Assembly: GCF_002571385.2 (NCBI RefSeq)
Contig: NW_019217802.1
Location: forward strand, 370,551 to 434,550
Length of the DNA stretch: 64,000 nt
Source of the DNA: Stylophora pistillata
Taxonomy: Eukaryota
Direction: 5' to 3'
Below are positions 62,779 through 64,000 of this stretch, one piece after another. Every line of letters starts with the position of its first letter. Within the stretch, counting starts at the first letter, position 1. A program made the translations under genes and the position numbers. The notes below the pieces were generated by a model. It made no database searches. It was not told the DNA's origin and saw only the letters and a list, made by a program, of their open reading frames with translations.

Positions 62779-63272
62779 CCTCTTCAATGGAATCACACCA
62801 AGTTGTCTTTGTAGGATGTTGTTTTCAAAGTTATGTCTGTGCTTGGTTTTCCTCAAAGAGGTCAGTGCAGTTGTTTGTCTCTAGTTAACCCTCTAAGTTC
62901 TTGGAGCTGATTCTTAATTTTCCCTTCTGGCTGGCATTCATTTCATTTTAAATAAGTTAAGAGAATTTGATTCTTGATTGAGATTGTGCAAATAATTAGT
63001 AGCTGCAGTTTAAAATTTTTATCACTTTTGGGTTTTAAGGATAAAAGTTTTCTAAACCTTTTTTTCATTCATGAAAACTATTTGTGTAATATTGATAGAA
63101 GGGAGAATTGAAAATAAGATCTTAGGAGTTAAATAAGTGAAACTGATTTCAAGGGACTCAAGGGTTGTTGCCCAGTCAAAAAAGGGAAATTGATGCTTGT
63201 CATGTAAAAGACTCGTGCTTCAAGTGCCAGTTTTCTGCTTGGTTAATGTTGAACTGAAGACTCATTGCTGAA

Positions 63273-63608
63273 ATAATTAACAATTATTCTTTGAAATCGA
63301 GGTGAATAGTGGCTAAATATTTACCGTGCCACAAAGCGGTGCAGTAAATATTCCCAAAAGCCCCTATTCACCAAGATTGAAAATAATTGTTTTAGTATAT
63401 ACACACGAAGTCATCTCAACAAAATTAAAAGGAAGCCATTTAAAGGCAATTTCTGCTTCTGAAACTTTAGCGAAATGGGAGTTTACACCTGCTATTTTGT
63501 TTTTCACATTATCCACTCACTCGGATGTGTACATTGTTGATTAGCCGGAGATAGCGAACCAATCAGATTGCTTGAAATGCCAAGATCACTGAGTGTGTAT
63601 ATACTAAT
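63273..63608. repeat. Interspersed repeat with an internal palindrome
   Basis: aattatt...ggtgaatag...aaatatttaccg / cagtaaatatt...ctattcacc...aataatt forms an imperfect hairpin, ending in gtgtatatactaat. Confidence 0.5.
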
Positions 63609-64000
63609 TGGAAATTTTCTCTGGGAGCCCCTACTGTGTTGAAATATGGGGCTTTCAAGTTTTAGGGTGTTGGATATGTGGGGTAAATCAGTGGTCATAG
63701 ATCAGCACAAATTTAATAGACGCAACGAGACAATAAATACTGACTGGATCTTGATTGAGGGTGTAGAAAAAAACACAAGAAAGTAAAATATAACTGGTAA
63801 GAACAGGGAAACATGAGTGAGATATGAGATGATTGATTTTGGTTTTGCATCTTGTTGGTTGAGAGGGGTTTCTAGGCCAATTATAGAGCAAGTTGAAACA
63901 AAAGTTTCGTGTTACTTTTGGTAATCAGCTGAGAATATCACCAGAGACAAGTTCAGGATTTCCATGATCTGTAAGGATGAAAATTTTCCATTATCTAAGT

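Overview
Eukaryotic, intron-rich, AT-rich draft genomic DNA with four N-gaps, most likely an anthozoan cnidarian such as a stony coral (inferred from a DKEA-filter Nav2 channel and a ShKT module). 1-40.3 kb holds two tandem + strand four-domain Nav2 channel genes. Gene 1 is 5'-truncated, has a DKEA filter (Nav2.5-type) and carries an in-frame TAG and a DIII pore Trp>Val. Gene 2 is near complete with a DEEA filter. Both have a U12 AT-AC intron in DIV, and gene 2 also has a U12 GT-AG intron in DI. 41-49.4 kb is a rearranged, gapped zone: an intronless TMEM145/GPR180-like gene is split by duplicated retinol-dehydrogenase segments (giving an in-frame chimeric ORF), followed by a 730-bp palindrome. 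49.3-62.8 kb holds three tandem RDH11/12/13-like SDR genes. The most striking result is the third one. It splices cleanly into signal peptide - ShKT toxin-like domain - TM helix - intact SDR enzyme (404 aa), and its ShKT has Lys-Trp at the position of the ShK Lys22-Tyr23 dyad. The short ShKT exon is absent from the ORF track. SINEs, MITEs, a CR1/L2 LINE fragment and a Penelope relic with an intact minimal hammerhead ribozyme are interspersed. All gene models were spliced by hand and no database searches were run.
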